Assembly (NCBI RefSeq): GCF_006345805.1
Contig: NC_043008.1
Location: 23,250,001 to 23,314,000 of the forward strand
Origin: Octopus sinensis
Lineage: Eukaryota
Length of the DNA: 64,000 nucleotides
Reading direction: 5' to 3'
The notes under the pieces were generated by a model that was not told where the DNA came from, made no database searches, and worked only from the letters and a program-made list of their open reading frames with translations. How positions within the stretch are numbered: the first letter of the stretch is position 1; every line of letters starts with the position of its first letter. The position numbers and the translations under genes are program-made. Below are positions 24,986 through 39,054 of the stretch, piece by piece.

Positions 24986-27575
24986 ACAGGAAGGGCCAGT
25001 TTGGTGGTACTGGCAACGTCCACGTCCAAATGGTGCTTTTTACGTTCCACCTTCACAGGAGCCAGTCCAGCAGCACTGGCGACATCCTCACTTGAATGTT
25101 TCACATGCCACCAGCACAAGTGCTAGTAAGGCAACGTGGTAACGATCACGCTCGAATGGTGTGCTTAACATGCCACTGGCACATAGGCCAGTTTGTTGCT
25201 CAGGCAACGCTCTCACTTGTATGGTACTCTTAGCGCTCCACTAGCAACGGATGCCGGTCACCGAGTTTGATTTCGACTTCGATTTCACTTGCCTCAACTG
25301 GTCTTCACAAGCAGAGATTAGTGTCCAATGAAGAAAAGGTACGCATAAGTGGACTGGTTACCCCCTAGCATAGGCCACAAGGTTATGGTCACTCTTGCGC
25401 TTGCTGAGTCTTCTGGAGCACAGCATATTTCCAGAGGTCCCAGTCACTAGTCATTGCGTCGGTGAGGCCCAATGTTTGATGGTCATGCTTCACCACCTCA
25501 TCCCAGGTATTTCTGGGTCTACCTCTTCCACAGGTTCCCTCAACCGCCAGGGTGTGGCACTTTTTCACACAGCTAACCATATCCATTCTCGCCACATGAC
25601 CATACCAGCACAGTCGTCTCTCTTGCACACCACATCTGATGCTTCTTAGATCCAACCTTTCTCTCAGGGTACTAACACTCAGTTGAGTATGCACACTGGC
25701 ATTACACATCCATCGGACATGCTGGCTTCATTTCTTGCAAGCTTACACATATCCTCAGCAGTCAGAGCCCATGTTTCACTGCCATGTAGCATGACTGTTC
25801 GTACACATGTGTCGTACAGTCTACCTTTTACTCTGAACGAGAGGCCTTTTGTCACCAGCAGAGGTAAGAGCTCTCTGAACTTTGCCCAGGCTATTCTTAT
25901 TCTAGCAGCTACACTTTCAGTGGACCCTCCTCCGCTACTGATTTGGTCACCTAGGTAACGGAAGCTATCAACTACTTCTAGTTTTTCTCCCTGGAATGTG
26001 GCGGAAGTTGGTCTCTGCACATTTTCAGTGTTATATATAGCTCCTGAGCATCTGCCACATACAAAAACTATCCTCCCAGTAGCCTTCCTTTGATATTGCT
26101 GCACTTCTTATGTGTCCATAGCTTACACTGGGTATATCTTATAGAGTTTCTATCTACCCCTTTTCTACAGATCGAGCAGGGCCATCTACCTGAAGGGATT
26201 TGCGATTTTCCTGCCTTCCTACATATTAAGACTTTGGTTTTAGCTAGGTTGACTCTAGCGCCCTTCGATTCTAATCCTTCTTTCCACACCTGAAACTTCT
26301 CCTCTAGTTCTGTTTGTGACTCAGCAATTAGAGCAAGGTCATCAGCATAGAGGAGCTCCCAAGGGCAGCCTGTCTTGAATTCCTCCGTTATTGGCTGGAG
26401 GACTATGATAAATAGGAGGGGGCTGAGGACTGAAACTTGGTGGACCCCTACCTCTACCCTGAATTCTTCACTGTACTCGTTACCAACCCTCACCTTACTG
26501 ACAGCATCCCTGTACATGGCTTGCACAGCTCTCACTAATCATTCATCTATCCCTAGTTTCCTCATTGACCACCAGATAAGGGATTGGGGCACCCTGACAA
26601 AGGCTTTCTCCATGTCAACGAAAGCCAGGTACAGGGGCTTATCTTTGGCTAGGTATTTTTCCTGCAACTATCTAACCAGAAATATAGCATCAGTGGTGCT
26701 TTTCCCTGGCACGAAACCAAACTGCATCTCATCTAAACTGACTCTCTCCCTAATTAGTTCGGCTATGACCCTCTCCATGATCTTCATTACCTGATCCAAC
26801 AGCTTGATAACTCTGTAATTATTTGTATCTAAAGTGTCACCTTTTCCTTTGTAGCAGTTGACTATAGTGCTGCTACACCAGTCATTGGGTATGATTCCTT
26901 CATGTATCACCTGGTTAACTATATGGGTGACCAGGCTAATGCTGACACTGCCAGATATTTTGAGCATCTCTGCAGTAATTCCTGATGGGCTGGGAGCTTT
27001 CCCTGTCTTCATACTTTTAATTGCTTTAACTATCAAGGTCCTGTTAACTCGGATAGCTGGTCCCTCTGTTGGGTCGATAATCGGCAGACTCTCTTTCTTC
27101 CATTCATTTTCTTTGTTCAGTAACTTTTCATAGTGGCGTCTCCAAACCTCTCTCTTTGCAGCCTCATTTAGCGCAAGTGAACCATCATCCATGCGAACAC
27201 AATTCTCTCTCACACACTGTCTTGCAACACGAAATACCTCAAGTCTTTTGTCCTCCAGAACATTAGCAAATTTTTTTCTTATCTGCTTCCCCTCTGGCTA
27301 AATAAACCTGTCTCCTAGCTTCTCTTCTGGCAGTCTGATACGATTCCCTGCTACCACCATTCTTCCAGTCCTTCCAAGCCTGTCTCTTTTCTCTGATAGC
27401 CCTGTCTACAATGTTGTTCCACCACCACCACATTATTTTGGGTTTATAGGGGACTTTGCACCATCCACAGATCTGGTCAGTGGCTCTCAGCAGGTTGTCC
27501 CTTAGAAACCTCCAGTTGTCTTCTACCCCATGTGAAGCTATATCCCCTTCTATTTCGTCAAAGGCTTCAAGTAAT
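24986..27575 (-). mobile_element. RTE-clade LINE, 5'-truncated, RT with C-rich insert plus 3' UTR
   Basis: KAPSPSG, NNYRVIKLL, QFGFVPGKSTTDAIF, GVHQVSVLSPLLF, LLYADDL, GRWPCSICRKG, LHGSETW, WYGHV, GRGRPRNTW. Confidence 0.92.
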
Positions 27576-28067
27576 TCCTAGGATGTGGGGGATATCGGAA
27601 TAGAGGTTGACTACATCGAATGATAGTAGTAGGGTGTTTTTGTTTATTGTTTTAGGAAGGTGATTGAGCATATCCAGGTTGTCCCTTATATAGCTTTTGA
27701 CATGTTTGAGGAATGGTTTTAAGAGGTTATCTAAAAAGATACTGAGGCAGTGGGTTTCGCATGCAGGACCTGCTATTATAGGTCTCAGTTTGAGGTCATT
27801 AGGAGTAGGGATTTTGATTATTTTGTCTGTGGCTATCTTGCATGTGTTACTTATTTTCTCACTTTTGTGTATCTTGGGAATACCGTAGAATTGGCTGGTT
27901 TTACTTTTGAAATTGGTCATATAGTCATATTCTTTGTCGGTGAGCCCTTCTTTATATGGGTTTAACATGGATTTTAGTTCTCTCATTATTTTTTGCTGAC
28001 TGTAGTTTTGGGCCTTTTCATAATATGTTGTGTCTTCCAACATAGATAGTACTAAAGTTATATAAAG

Positions 28068-30159
28068 CTAGCATTATGACTTGGCAACGCCGGGTCATAG
28101 TGCTAGTGTATATATATATATATATGTGTACATATTACATGTACATCTATATATATATATATACATCTACACATAAAATACAAAATACAAAGTTATATCT
28201 TGATATCGCTAGTGATAACAATACTCAAAATATATAATAGACTGGAATTGTAGGCCCGTCTCTTGCAATTTCGATTAATTGTATCTTGTCCTCCCTCTTG
28301 TATAGAAGTGTGGCTACAATCCAGCCTACCTTTACTTCTGGGGGGACATTTTAAATTTTTATCCGTGACGTCCTACGTCCCAGATATCATCATCATCATC
28401 ATCGTTTAACGTCCGTTTTCCATGCTAGCATGGATTGGACAGTTTAACTGGGGTCTGGGAAGCCAGAAGGTTGTGCCAGGCCCAGTCTGATCTGGCAGTG
28501 TTTCTATAGCTGGATGCCCTTCCTAATGCCAACCACTCCGTGAGTGTAGTGGGTGCTTTTTACGTGCCACCTGCACAGGTGCCAGACGATGCTGGCATCG
28601 GCCACAATCAGATGGTGCTTTTTATGTGCCACCGGCACGGAGGCCAGTTGGGGTGGCGCTGGCAATGGCGCTGGCAACGGCACTGGTATCACAGCTACAA
28701 TTTCCATTGATGTTGAACGATTTTGATTTTCACTTGCCTCAACAGGTCTTCACAAGTAGGGTTTGTGACACAAGAAGGAAAGGTATGCATAAGTGAGCTG
28801 GCTGTGTCCCAGGTAGAGGCCACGGGTTATGGTCTCACTTGTCCTGCCGAGTCTTCCCATGCACAGCATACTTCCAACGGTCTCGGTCTCTGGTCATTTC
28901 CTCGGTGAGTTTGCAAGGTTCGAGTCGAGTACTCCCTTGCATGCTCCATTGACTTGAACCTTGCTTCTATTGTGGCGAATTTACCACCTCTGGTTAGATA
29001 CTTGATATCTTTCATAGTCGCACCAAGACACTTTTCAATGGTGCTTTCCTCCAGGTGTTCAAATCTTTTTTTTTTCTCTACATTGTATACTTTATAGACA
29101 ATAGTCTTTTCTTTAATTTTATTTTTTATTTCATTTGATGGTGTTATCCTAGATTCACCGTCTTTGTCAGTGATCAATCCGAAATAGGTTTGTATTTCTT
29201 CCATTTTAATTTTAATGAGTTCACCACCTGCCAACGGCTGCAGCAAAATTCATTTTTGGACTTTCTTCTATTGAAGACATTTTAACAAAACTGCTTCCAT
29301 GTAAACGGTGAAATTATTGTCAATTTCCTCAAACAGAGACACAATTCAATTTTTAAACAATAACCAAAGCTCCTTCTCCCAAAGGGGGAGGGTTACAGTT
29401 TACAATTATTTAACATATGCAACACAACAACGCTTCCCTTACGAGGAACCAACAAACATGATAACGATAGTTAAACAGTAATAATAATAACAACAAACCT
29501 TACGGTGAATCAAAAAGCAGTACTCTGTTGAAGCTATAGGCCTTTATGGATCAGAAATAAACCAACAGCAGTAGAAGCATCTATTCGAGAAAACAGACAT
29601 TACATACAGCCAAACTTCATATAGATACTTAACGCTAGCTAATTAGCAAATAATCTAATGTAAAAGGTGTGCACAGCTCCATCTAGACTATTCCATTTCT
29701 GCACTTAAATTTTATTTTTTATTTATTCCCATTCATGTGAAACCACTTATTCAAGTTCAAGTCATTGATGCAATTTTATACCAATTGCTATTTTTACTAT
29801 TAATTGTTATGTTACGATTTAATTATTATATAGTTTGATTTTAATTATTACTTACTACATATAATTCAATTGTTATTATCTCTAATTTTTATTGTTAAAG
29901 TGAAAGTATCTGACATAAAATAGAGAGCTGTTTTTGTTTCACTTTTAACACGTAATACTGAAATAGTGGAGAAGATATGATATTGCTATGGGCTTGCCCT
30001 AGGCAAGAAGTTGAACATTTTTTTTGCCCATGAAACTACATGAACCCTAAGTAAGGCATGTGTAAAATTTGAATGAAATTGGTTGTGTAGTTCTCAAGTT
30101 TTAGGGAAACACACAGACAGACAGACAGACACACATTCTCAGTTTTATATATATAGAGA
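28068..30159 (-). mobile_element. Non-autonomous Helitron with captured cargo, copy B, inserted in the PLE 3 ORF
   Basis: Same termini and cargo as 16342-17914. Its removal rejoins the PLE frame with no TSD. Confidence 0.9.
28388..28909 (-). mobile_element. 5'-truncated RTE 3' end inserted in Helitron copy B
   Basis: (CAT)n tail, 3' UTR and last RT codons. Absent from copies A and C. Confidence 0.85.
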
Positions 30160-32266
30160 TACCATGTCCATTAAGACAACTGCACTCCCTTTATCAGCCT
30201 CTTTGATTGTTATAGTTTTTTCATTTTTTAATTTGTTCAGCTCAGCCCATTCTTTTTTACTGAATTTTGTGCATATGCTGATATGGGTAATTCGAGATGT
30301 GTTCACAGAAATGATCAAGTGTTTTGTTCTTACTTTTTGATGGGGTATAGTTACTCCTATTTCTGACTAACGATTCGTCCTCATTGTATTTGTCGTATAG
30401 CTCCTCAGTAAGTCGTAATTTTCTACAGAATTTTGCGATGTCTTCTTTCATTTCATTGTAGTTGGGGTGTTGTGGGGTGGGTGTAAACTTGAGTCCTTTG
30501 GAGAGTATATTGATTTGGTTTGCTGTTAGTTCATTGTGAGTTAGATTGATAATTTTTATCACTTTTGGTTCCTCCTGCCTGTTTTGTGCTATCTTGTGTC
30601 TCTGTGTTTTCGTATTGGGTCTAAAAAATGATTGCGGTGGTTGGGATGGAAGCTATTATGTAGTTGTTCCTTGTTGATGTGAGGGTGCCCTGTTGTAATT
30701 TATGGTGTGTGTTCTTGGAACAGTATTGAAAAATGTGTCCTGATATCCCATATTTGGGTGTGGCGTTTTAGAGGGCCATCGTTGGTAATTATTGCGTGTG
30801 GTGTGGGTTTGTTGTGCATGGTTGTTTGGCAGGTTGTTGGAACGAAAATTTCGTTGGTAACTCTTTTTTGGTGGGAGGAGGTTGCAGCATCTATCCTGTG
30901 GGTAGTGATTTATCCTTTCTCTGTTTGAAGTTAGGGTACTCCTGATATTGTATCGCTGGTGGCTTACAAAGTTAGGTCCTGTATTCTTTTTTTGATAGAA
31001 GTGATGGTTCCAATATTTAGACAGGTGTGTATCAGTGTTTGAGTGTTGTTTTGATTTTCTTATTTTCTGGAAAGGATTGTTCGAAGCGTGCTCTGTTTCA
31101 AAGACGGTTTCCTAGTCTGAGAATAAAGTGGTGCTTTTCTCCCAGCATTGGAGAGATTTCAGTTCTTTTTCACAGTCCTCTTTCCATAGTTTGGAGATCT
31201 TCTCTTAATTGGGTCATTTTGCGAATTTCTTGGTTGATCTCTTCATCGGTGGATTTTACTTTATCTTCATTCGTTTGGGCCCTCAATTTTAGAAGTTTTA
31301 TTTCCATTTTCATTTTTTCCAGTGTCATTCTTTCCCTGAGGTGTCTTTGTGTTTCAGGTTCCTCTGTAATAGTTTTGATCTGGAGTTTACATGGGAGGAT
31401 TAATGGTGTCCGGTTGAGCCATTTTTCGTATATATCTGCTTTGTTGTTGTTTTGGATCATCTTCCAAAAGGCGTACTTTCTATCTCTGAGTGATTTGTTC
31501 CATTGCGGTACTGTGTGGTGTTTCATTTGGTATGTTGTGAGAGTATTGATCCCGTATGCTCTCTCGTTTGGAGATTCTTGATTCATGTTGTTAGAGAAAA
31601 ATGTTCTAATTGTTTCGCATAAGTTTCCAAGGTTTGTGATGATTTTGGAGGTTGTATTTTTCGTATCAGCTTCCTCATTGTTCTCTCGATTGGGTTGATG
31701 TGTCAAGTCGAATTTGTTCAAAAATGTTGACAGCTTTGTATTGATTTTCTTGAGTTCTTTCAATATTTCATCATTTATGGAAGTGATTGTGTCTGTTTTT
31801 CTCAGCATTTTCTGTATCTTGTGTGGGTTAATGATATGTATAAGGATGAAAAGGAACACACGAGTTGATATATATATGGAAAAAAAAGTCAAGATAGAAA
31901 ATGCTAAAATAATTTTATAAAAAACATTTCAGTACTGGTTTCAGTCATTGAGACTTTTTCAACTGTAACAATTAAATAATTAAATTTAGAAAAATTAAAA
32001 GAAAAGTTTTTTTAAAAGTTTTTTGTTCAAATACAAGTGGCATTTTCCTTGTTTCTGGCTGTCTCTGTCTCTTGTTTACTCTTGTGGGTTCAAAGTCCTT
32101 GTAAATTCTTGGTAGAGAAGAAGAAGAAGTAAAAAAGGAAGGAGGAGGAGGAGAAGGGGAAGAAGAGGAATTTGGGAGTGCCATGATAGTAGTATTTTGA
32201 ACGGTCAGTGGATGGTAGCAGCCTCTGTTCAATTCATGAAAATATTTCTTTAGAATGCTTTATACA

Positions 32267-32302
<36 letters not shown>

Positions 32303-32305
32303 TAC

Positions 32306-32338
<33 letters not shown>

Positions 32339-34828
32339 TATATGTTAATAAAATAGAACATATGCATATATATAAACATATATGTACGTACCTACCTCTA
32401 CATGTACATATACACGCATATATGTGTACAGGACACCAAAAAGACGTCGAACACATAGAGAGACGAAAAACATAGACACAAACCAAGGAGCAAGACAAGC
32501 AAAAAAAGAGATACAGGACAATAAGCACAAGGAAAAATCCCCTTCTTCAGTCGCTAAGGTTTCATCTACTAAACGTTTCGAAGGATAAAAGCGAGACGTA
32601 TACTTCGAAGAAAACTTCCTTCCTGCGAAAAGCAAATCAATTAAAATTCTGAGATCTTTTCGCAGAGGGGTAAAAAAAGCAAGACGGTAACGACAGTACA
32701 AACATATAAACAGTAAAAAATATATATATAAACAGTGGAAAAATAAATATATAACAGTGAGAGACAGGACAAGGAGAACAAGATAAGAAGGGCTGTTAAC
32801 GCCAGACGAAAAAAGTATTGCAAACGCTGGATTATAGTGGACGACGAGAGAGAAAAAATGTCGACCAGTAGCCTTAGAAGGCGGGCGAGAAAAGACAGGA
32901 TAGCAGTTACGACGGAAGTATCGTCGCAGATGGACGACGGAAATGGGGGAGGAGGAGCAAGAGGAAGAGAGAGAAGAAGGGGAATGGTGCGAGGAGACCA
33001 TGAAGAACGGTGAGGGGGAGAGAGAGAGGAAGAGACAAGTTAAGTGAGGGAAAAAAGACGAAAAAGGGAATGGGAGAGAAAGAAAGAAAGATGCAGAGTC
33101 GCGTGAGAGTTAATATCAAGGCTAACTTGATAAACAGAACAATCTTACTTAATAGGGTGCGTGCGTTTAGTCGTATAATATGTTAATAAAATAGAACATA
33201 TGCATATATATAAACATATATGTACGTACCTACCTCTACATGTACATATACACGCATATATGTGTACAGGACACCAAAAAGACGTCGAACACATAGAGAG
33301 ACGAAAAACATAGACACAAACCAAGGAACAAGACAAGCAAAAAAAGAGATACAGGACAATAAGCACAAGGAAAAATCCCCTTCTTCAGTCGCTAAGGTTT
33401 CATCTACTAAACGTTTCGAAGGATAAAAGCAAGACGTATACTTCGAAGAAAACTTCCTTCCTGCGAAAAGCAAATCAATTAAAATTCTGAGATCTTTTCG
33501 CAGAGGGGTAAAAAAAGCAAGACGGTAACGACAGTACAAACATATAAACAGTTAAAAATATATATATAAACAGTGGAAAAATAAATATATAACAGTGAGA
33601 GACAGGACAAGGAGAACAAGATAAGAAGGGCTGTTAACGCCAGACGAAAAAAGTATTGCAAACGCTGGATTATAGTGGACGACGAGATATATATATATAT
33701 ATATAGGTGATAAATAAAAATATATGCATACATACAAACATATATGTACGTACCTACATCTACATGTATATATACATGCATATATAAATAATTATACGTG
33801 AGTACAGGACACCACAATAAGACATAGAAACGGGAAAAACAAAAAAAACGAAAAACAAGAAATTGAAAAACAAGAAAACGAAAAAACAAGAAAACAAGAA
33901 AACGAAAAAAACAGTTACAGGACGAGCTACACAAGGAAAAAACCCCCATCATCAGCTGTCGCTAGTAGAGTCAAGCATGTTTCGAAGGCAGAGACAGAAC
34001 TCTAATCCACTAGGCCTTCCTGCGAGAGAATTAAAATAAAATTCTAAGCAGCGGGGCAAAATGAGTACGAACACGAACAGGACGTAACAATAAAACTGCA
34101 GACTTTACCCTCTTCACTCTCTCTCTCTCCCACTCCTCCTCCCTCTCTCAGCCGCGTGTCCCCCTCCTCCTTCCTTCTTCCTTACTGCCAGCCTATAAAA
34201 TAAAATTTCTTTTACACGTTGCTCTTACTACTGAAAAGACTGTCTCCACGCGCTGCCACAGTATCCTTCGTCTATGCCAAAAAAAAGCTTTTTCGTTCGT
34301 CCTCTTGTGTGTTTGATTTCCTGTATCGTATTCTCTTTTTATTTTCTCGTTTTGTAATTATTTGTATTTTTTGTACATGTACTTTTATTTTTGCAGTTTT
34401 ATTGTTACGTCCTGTTCGTGTTCGTACTCATTTTGCCCCGCTGCTTGGAATTTTATTTTAATTCTCTCGCAGGAAGGCCTAGTGGATTAGTGTTCTGTCT
34501 CTGCCTTCGAAACATGCTTGACTCTACTAGTGACAGCTGATGACGGGGGTTTTTTCCTTGTGTAGCTCGTCCTGTAACTGTTTTTTTCGTTTTCTTGTTT
34601 TTTGTTTTTTTTGTTTTTCCCGTTTCTACGTCTTATTGTGGTGTCCTGTACTCACGTATAATTATTTATATATGCATGTATATATACATGTAGATGTAGG
34701 TACATACATATATGTTTGTATGTATGCATATATTTTTATTTATCACCTTATTGTCCGACAGCGCCCCGCATCAGGTTCGTTCTGATTCGTCGTTTCGTTC
34801 CACCTCTTGGTTCCTGTTATTTTTATAT

Positions 34829-34865
<37 letters not shown>

Positions 34866-35739
34866 ATCCAAACAAGAAAACACAAAAAAACACAACAAGG
34901 CGAGGACTTGGAACAAATATAGTATTATTGGACACTCAGGAAGGAAGCTCTTCGTCGGAAACATAGGAGAAGGAAAGATCCAGAGAAGTGAAGACAGAGG
35001 AAAAAAAATTGCCAACGGTACACACGAGGTCACATGTATTATATAGCTGTATATGTATACATGTATATGTATAGATGTATTTCTATAGATATACATGTAT
35101 GTGTATACATGTATGTCTAGATGTATATATATATAGATGTACATGTAATATGTACACATATATATACACATATATATATATGCATACATATATACACCCA
35201 CACACACATACACCCCTGCCCCCCACACACATACATAGGTGCAGGTGTGGCTGTGTGGTAACAAACTTGGTTCCAAAATACATGGTCCTCAGTTCAGTCC
35301 CACTGGCATGAGTCTTCTGCTATAGCCTCAGACCAACCAAAGCCTTGTCAGTGGATTTTGTAGACAGAAACTGAAAGAAATCAATTGTATGTATATGTAT
35401 GTATATATGTAAGTCTATGTGTGTGTCTTTGTGTTTCTCCCTCATCACTGCTTCACAACTGGTGTTCGTTTATTTACATCCCCATAACTTACTGGTTTCA
35501 CAAGAAGAAACTGATAGAATAAGTACCAGGCTTATCAAAATATAAAAAAGCACTACGCAGTGTCTCATATTTTTATTTCCTCAGTCAGTTGTATCTATCA
35601 ATTTATCTTTTTTTTTTTTGTGTGTGTGTGTGTGTGCGCACGCGCGCGCGTGTGTTTCGTAGACAGGAACTGAAACAGATCAATCATATATATATGTATG
35701 TATATATGTAAGTGTATGTGTTTTGGTATTGGCAACATG

Positions 35740-37125
35740 AATGACAATAGTAAGAGACTTCTTGAATTTTGCACATACCATAACCTGTGCGTCACTAACA
35801 CATTCTTTGCCAACAAGACATCCCACAAGGCATCTTGAAGACATCAAAGATCTCACCACTGGCATCAGCTGGATCTCATTATTACATGAAGATCCTTTCT
35901 GAATTCTATTCAACTGACCTGTAGTTACCACAGCGTGGATTGTGACACAAATCATTCACTAATAAGAAGCAGGGTGAGGATTCTGCCTAAAAAGTCCATC
36001 ACTCCAAGAAAATGGGCCAACCACGAATTAACACTGCCAGAACCTTGGACCCTACACTGCGACAATGTTTTGCTGTTTCTATCAAGGTTGCCCTCAGTAG
36101 CTGCCCAACCTCCTCTGCTGAAAGTAGGTGGAATTATATCAGAGCTGGAAACAGTTATCGAAGCAAAGCATGCAGCTCTGATGCAATACAAGAGGGATTC
36201 TTCTACAAAGTCACTTGAAGAACTCAGAAAGCCAAGAAATAAAACCCAACTGACTGCCAGATGCTGTGCAAAATAGGTATTGGCAGGAAATCTGTCAGAG
36301 TATCCAGTCAGCTGCTGACAGTGGCGACACCTGTGGGATGTATGCCGGTTTGAAGAAGGCCCTCGGTCCATCCACAACCTAGTCAGCCCCTCTGAAATCA
36401 ACTACTGGAAATCTCATCAAGAACCAAAGCAAGCAAATGGATAGATGGGTGGAGTACTACCAGGATCTCTACTCACGGAGACCATGGTAGCTGAGGCTGC
36501 AATCGAGGGTGTCAAGATCTTGCCAGTCATGTGCCAACATAACAGTCTGCCATCTATTGCAGAGCTCACCAAGGCTATTGACTCCCTAGCAAGTAACAAG
36601 GCTCCGGGGAAAGACGACATCCTCTTAGAGATCATCAAAACCAGCAAAAACACCATCCTGCTTTGGCACCTTCATGAGCTTCTGTGTCAGTGCTGGGAAG
36701 AGGGTACAGTCCCTCATGATATGCAGGATGCTTACATCATTATGCTTTACAAAAAACAAAGGTGACTGTGGTGATTGTAACAATTACCATGGAATATCTC
36801 CTCTAAGCACTGTTGGAAAGGCCTTTGCTCGCATTATCCTGTCCAGGCTACAACTGCTTGCTTCTTGAATTTATCCAGACACGTAGTGTGGCTTTAGAAG
36901 AAGCAGATCAACTATGGACATGGTATTCTCCATACGCCAACTTCAGGAAAAGTCCAGAGAGCAGAAAACGCCATTATATATGGCTTTCATTGATCTGACA
37001 AAGGCCTTTGACTTGGTAAGTAGAAAAGGCCTCTTTATTCTGCTTCAAAAAATCGGATGTCCACCAAAGCTGCTGAGGATCATCAAATCTTTCCATTATG
37101 ATATGCTAGGCACCATACAGTACAT
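35740..37125 (+). mobile_element. RTE (BovB-like) LINE fragment, EN end to RT N-half
   Basis: NTFF, HWHQLDLII, DCDTNHSLI, KAPGKDDI, DCNNYHGISPLS, CGFR, STMDMVFSIRQLQEK, FIDLTKAFDLV. Confidence 0.88.
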
Positions 37126-37806
37126 TTATAGATTGTAAATTTATTCTGTCCAGTTATGTATCAGTATAGTGGTCATTTGCAAACTCCAGAGGTGACACTT
37201 TAATTTCTCCTTAGCACTCACGTCACACAGTTGCTAATGTTGATTTCAGTTGGGTCATACCCTTCCAATTGCTATAGATTCATAATGCATCTTACGGCTG
37301 TGCTTGTCACCTGGATGGTGAGGAGTCCTATATTGGGAGTGGTAACGACTAGGGTAGGGTAACTGACTGCTTATTGTGATCATTCGTCTTTTGGTTTCCT
37401 GTAGCTTTGCTCTCTTTACAAACCCAGTGAACATATATTTCCTATTTCAAAGAAATTCAAACAATAGATATAAGACACAAGTTAAACAGATTCTTATCAA
37501 TTCAAATTTTCTGGTTGACATTAAGCTGCCCACCCCCAACAGGAGCCTTAACTCTCACATTTTAGAGCTCCATGACCTTCATTTTTCAGGAGCAAAATCT
37601 TTTTAACAGGTTCAATAAGACTGGAATTTTGGAATATGCACATAAAAATCAGTAGTATGGGATACATGTGGCACGATAACAATTATTTTAGGGTGTGTAA
37701 AGAGGGAAATTACCCTCATCTGCAATTTTGGTGAAATTCAAAACATAGATATTCCAGTTCATTACAGAAAATATAACAGAAAAGTCTAATTCTTGAATTG
37801 AATGTA

Positions 37807-37834
37807 ACCGGGCAAAGCTGGGTATCTCTGCTAG
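37807..37834 (+). mobile_element. Helitron 3' terminus (different family; 5' end not located)
   Basis: Imperfect hairpin ACCGGGCAAAGCTGGGT then CTGCTAG|T, immediately before copy C. Confidence 0.55.
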
Positions 37835-37838
37835 TATA

Positions 37839-37872
37839 TCTATATATATAAAACTGAGAATGTGTGTCTGTG

Positions 37873-37903
<31 letters not shown>

Positions 37904-39038
37904 TTCCATAAAACTTAAGAACTACACAACCAATTTCATTCAAATTTTACACATGCCTTACTTAGGGTCTGGGGAGTGTCATCGGCAGAAAAAATTTTAA
38001 ACTTTTTGCCTTGGGCGAGCCCACTGCAATATCATATCTTCTCCATTACGATTCCCTAAAACTTGAGAACTACACGACCAATTTCATTCAAATTTTACAC
38101 ATGCCTTACTTAGAGTGCATGTAGTTTCATGGGCAAAAAAAAAAAGTTCAACTTCTTGCCTAGAGCGAGCCCATAGCAATATCATATCTTCTCCACTATT
38201 TCAGTATTACGTGTTAAAAGTGAAACGAAAACATTCCTCTATTTTATATCAGATACTTTCACTTTAACAATAAAAATAATAATAACAATTGAATTATATG
38301 TAGTAAGTAATAATCAAAATCAAACTAAAGTATAATATAATTGTAACATAACAAAAGTAAAAATAGCAATTGGTATAAAATTGCATCAATGACTTGAACT
38401 TGAATAAGTGGTTTCACATGAATGGGAATAAATGAAAAATAAAATTAACGTGCAGAAATGGAATAGTCCAGATGGATAATAAAAAATTAAATTAAAGAAA
38501 AGGCTTTTGTCTATAAAGTATACAATGTAGAGAAAAAAAGATTTGAACACCTGGAGGAAAGCACCATCGAAAAGTGTCTTGGTGCGACTATGAAAGATAT
38601 CTAACCAGAGGCGGTAAATTCGCCACAATAGAAGCAAGGTTCGAGTCAATGGAGCGTGCAAGGGAGTACTCGACTCGAACTTGCAAAGTGGAAATATTTT
38701 ATTTTTACCTTTATATTTGGGACGTAGGATGTCCCGGATAAAAGTTTAAAATGCCCCCCCTCCCCCCGAATTTGAGGTAGGCTGGATTGTAGCCACACTT
38801 CTATACAAGAGGGAGGACAAGATACAATTGATCGAAATTGCAAGAGACGGGCTTACAATTCCAGTCTGTTATATAGTTTGAGTATTGTTATCACTAGCGA
38901 TATCAAGATATAACTTTGTATTTTGTATTTTATGTGTAGATGTATATATATAGATGTACATGTAATATGTTCACATATATATACACATATATACATGCAC
39001 TAGCACTATGACCCGGCAACGACGGGTCATAATGCTAG
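37839..39038 (+). mobile_element. Non-autonomous Helitron with captured cargo, copy C (internal deletion and about 145-bp duplication)
   Basis: A|TCTATATATATAAAACTGAG start, hairpin ATGACCCG-GCAACGA-CGGGTCAT, end AATGCTAG|T. Confidence 0.9.
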
Positions 39039-39054
39039 TATATATATATATAAA

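Larger units (their letters stand above)
27570..35020 (-). mobile_element. Penelope-like element 3: tandem/inverted pseudo-LTRs, N-terminal region and RT N-half
   Basis: ORF pieces 31170-31892, then LSKGLKFTPTP (30257-30562), IKEADKGSAVVLMD (30160-30210), FYGIPKIHK..LRPIIAGP..SFDVVNLYSDIPH (27567-28043). About 838-bp direct repeat (32340-33180 vs 33180-33690) and inverted repeat 33706-34100 vs 34395-34746. Confidence 0.88.

Noticed and set aside
32340-33700. Direct repeats of about 838 bp as CRISPR-like arrays or LTRs
   Set aside because: No short repeat-spacer periodicity and no TG..CA or PBS. Tandem plus inverted layout upstream of a PLE ORF indicates pseudo-LTRs.
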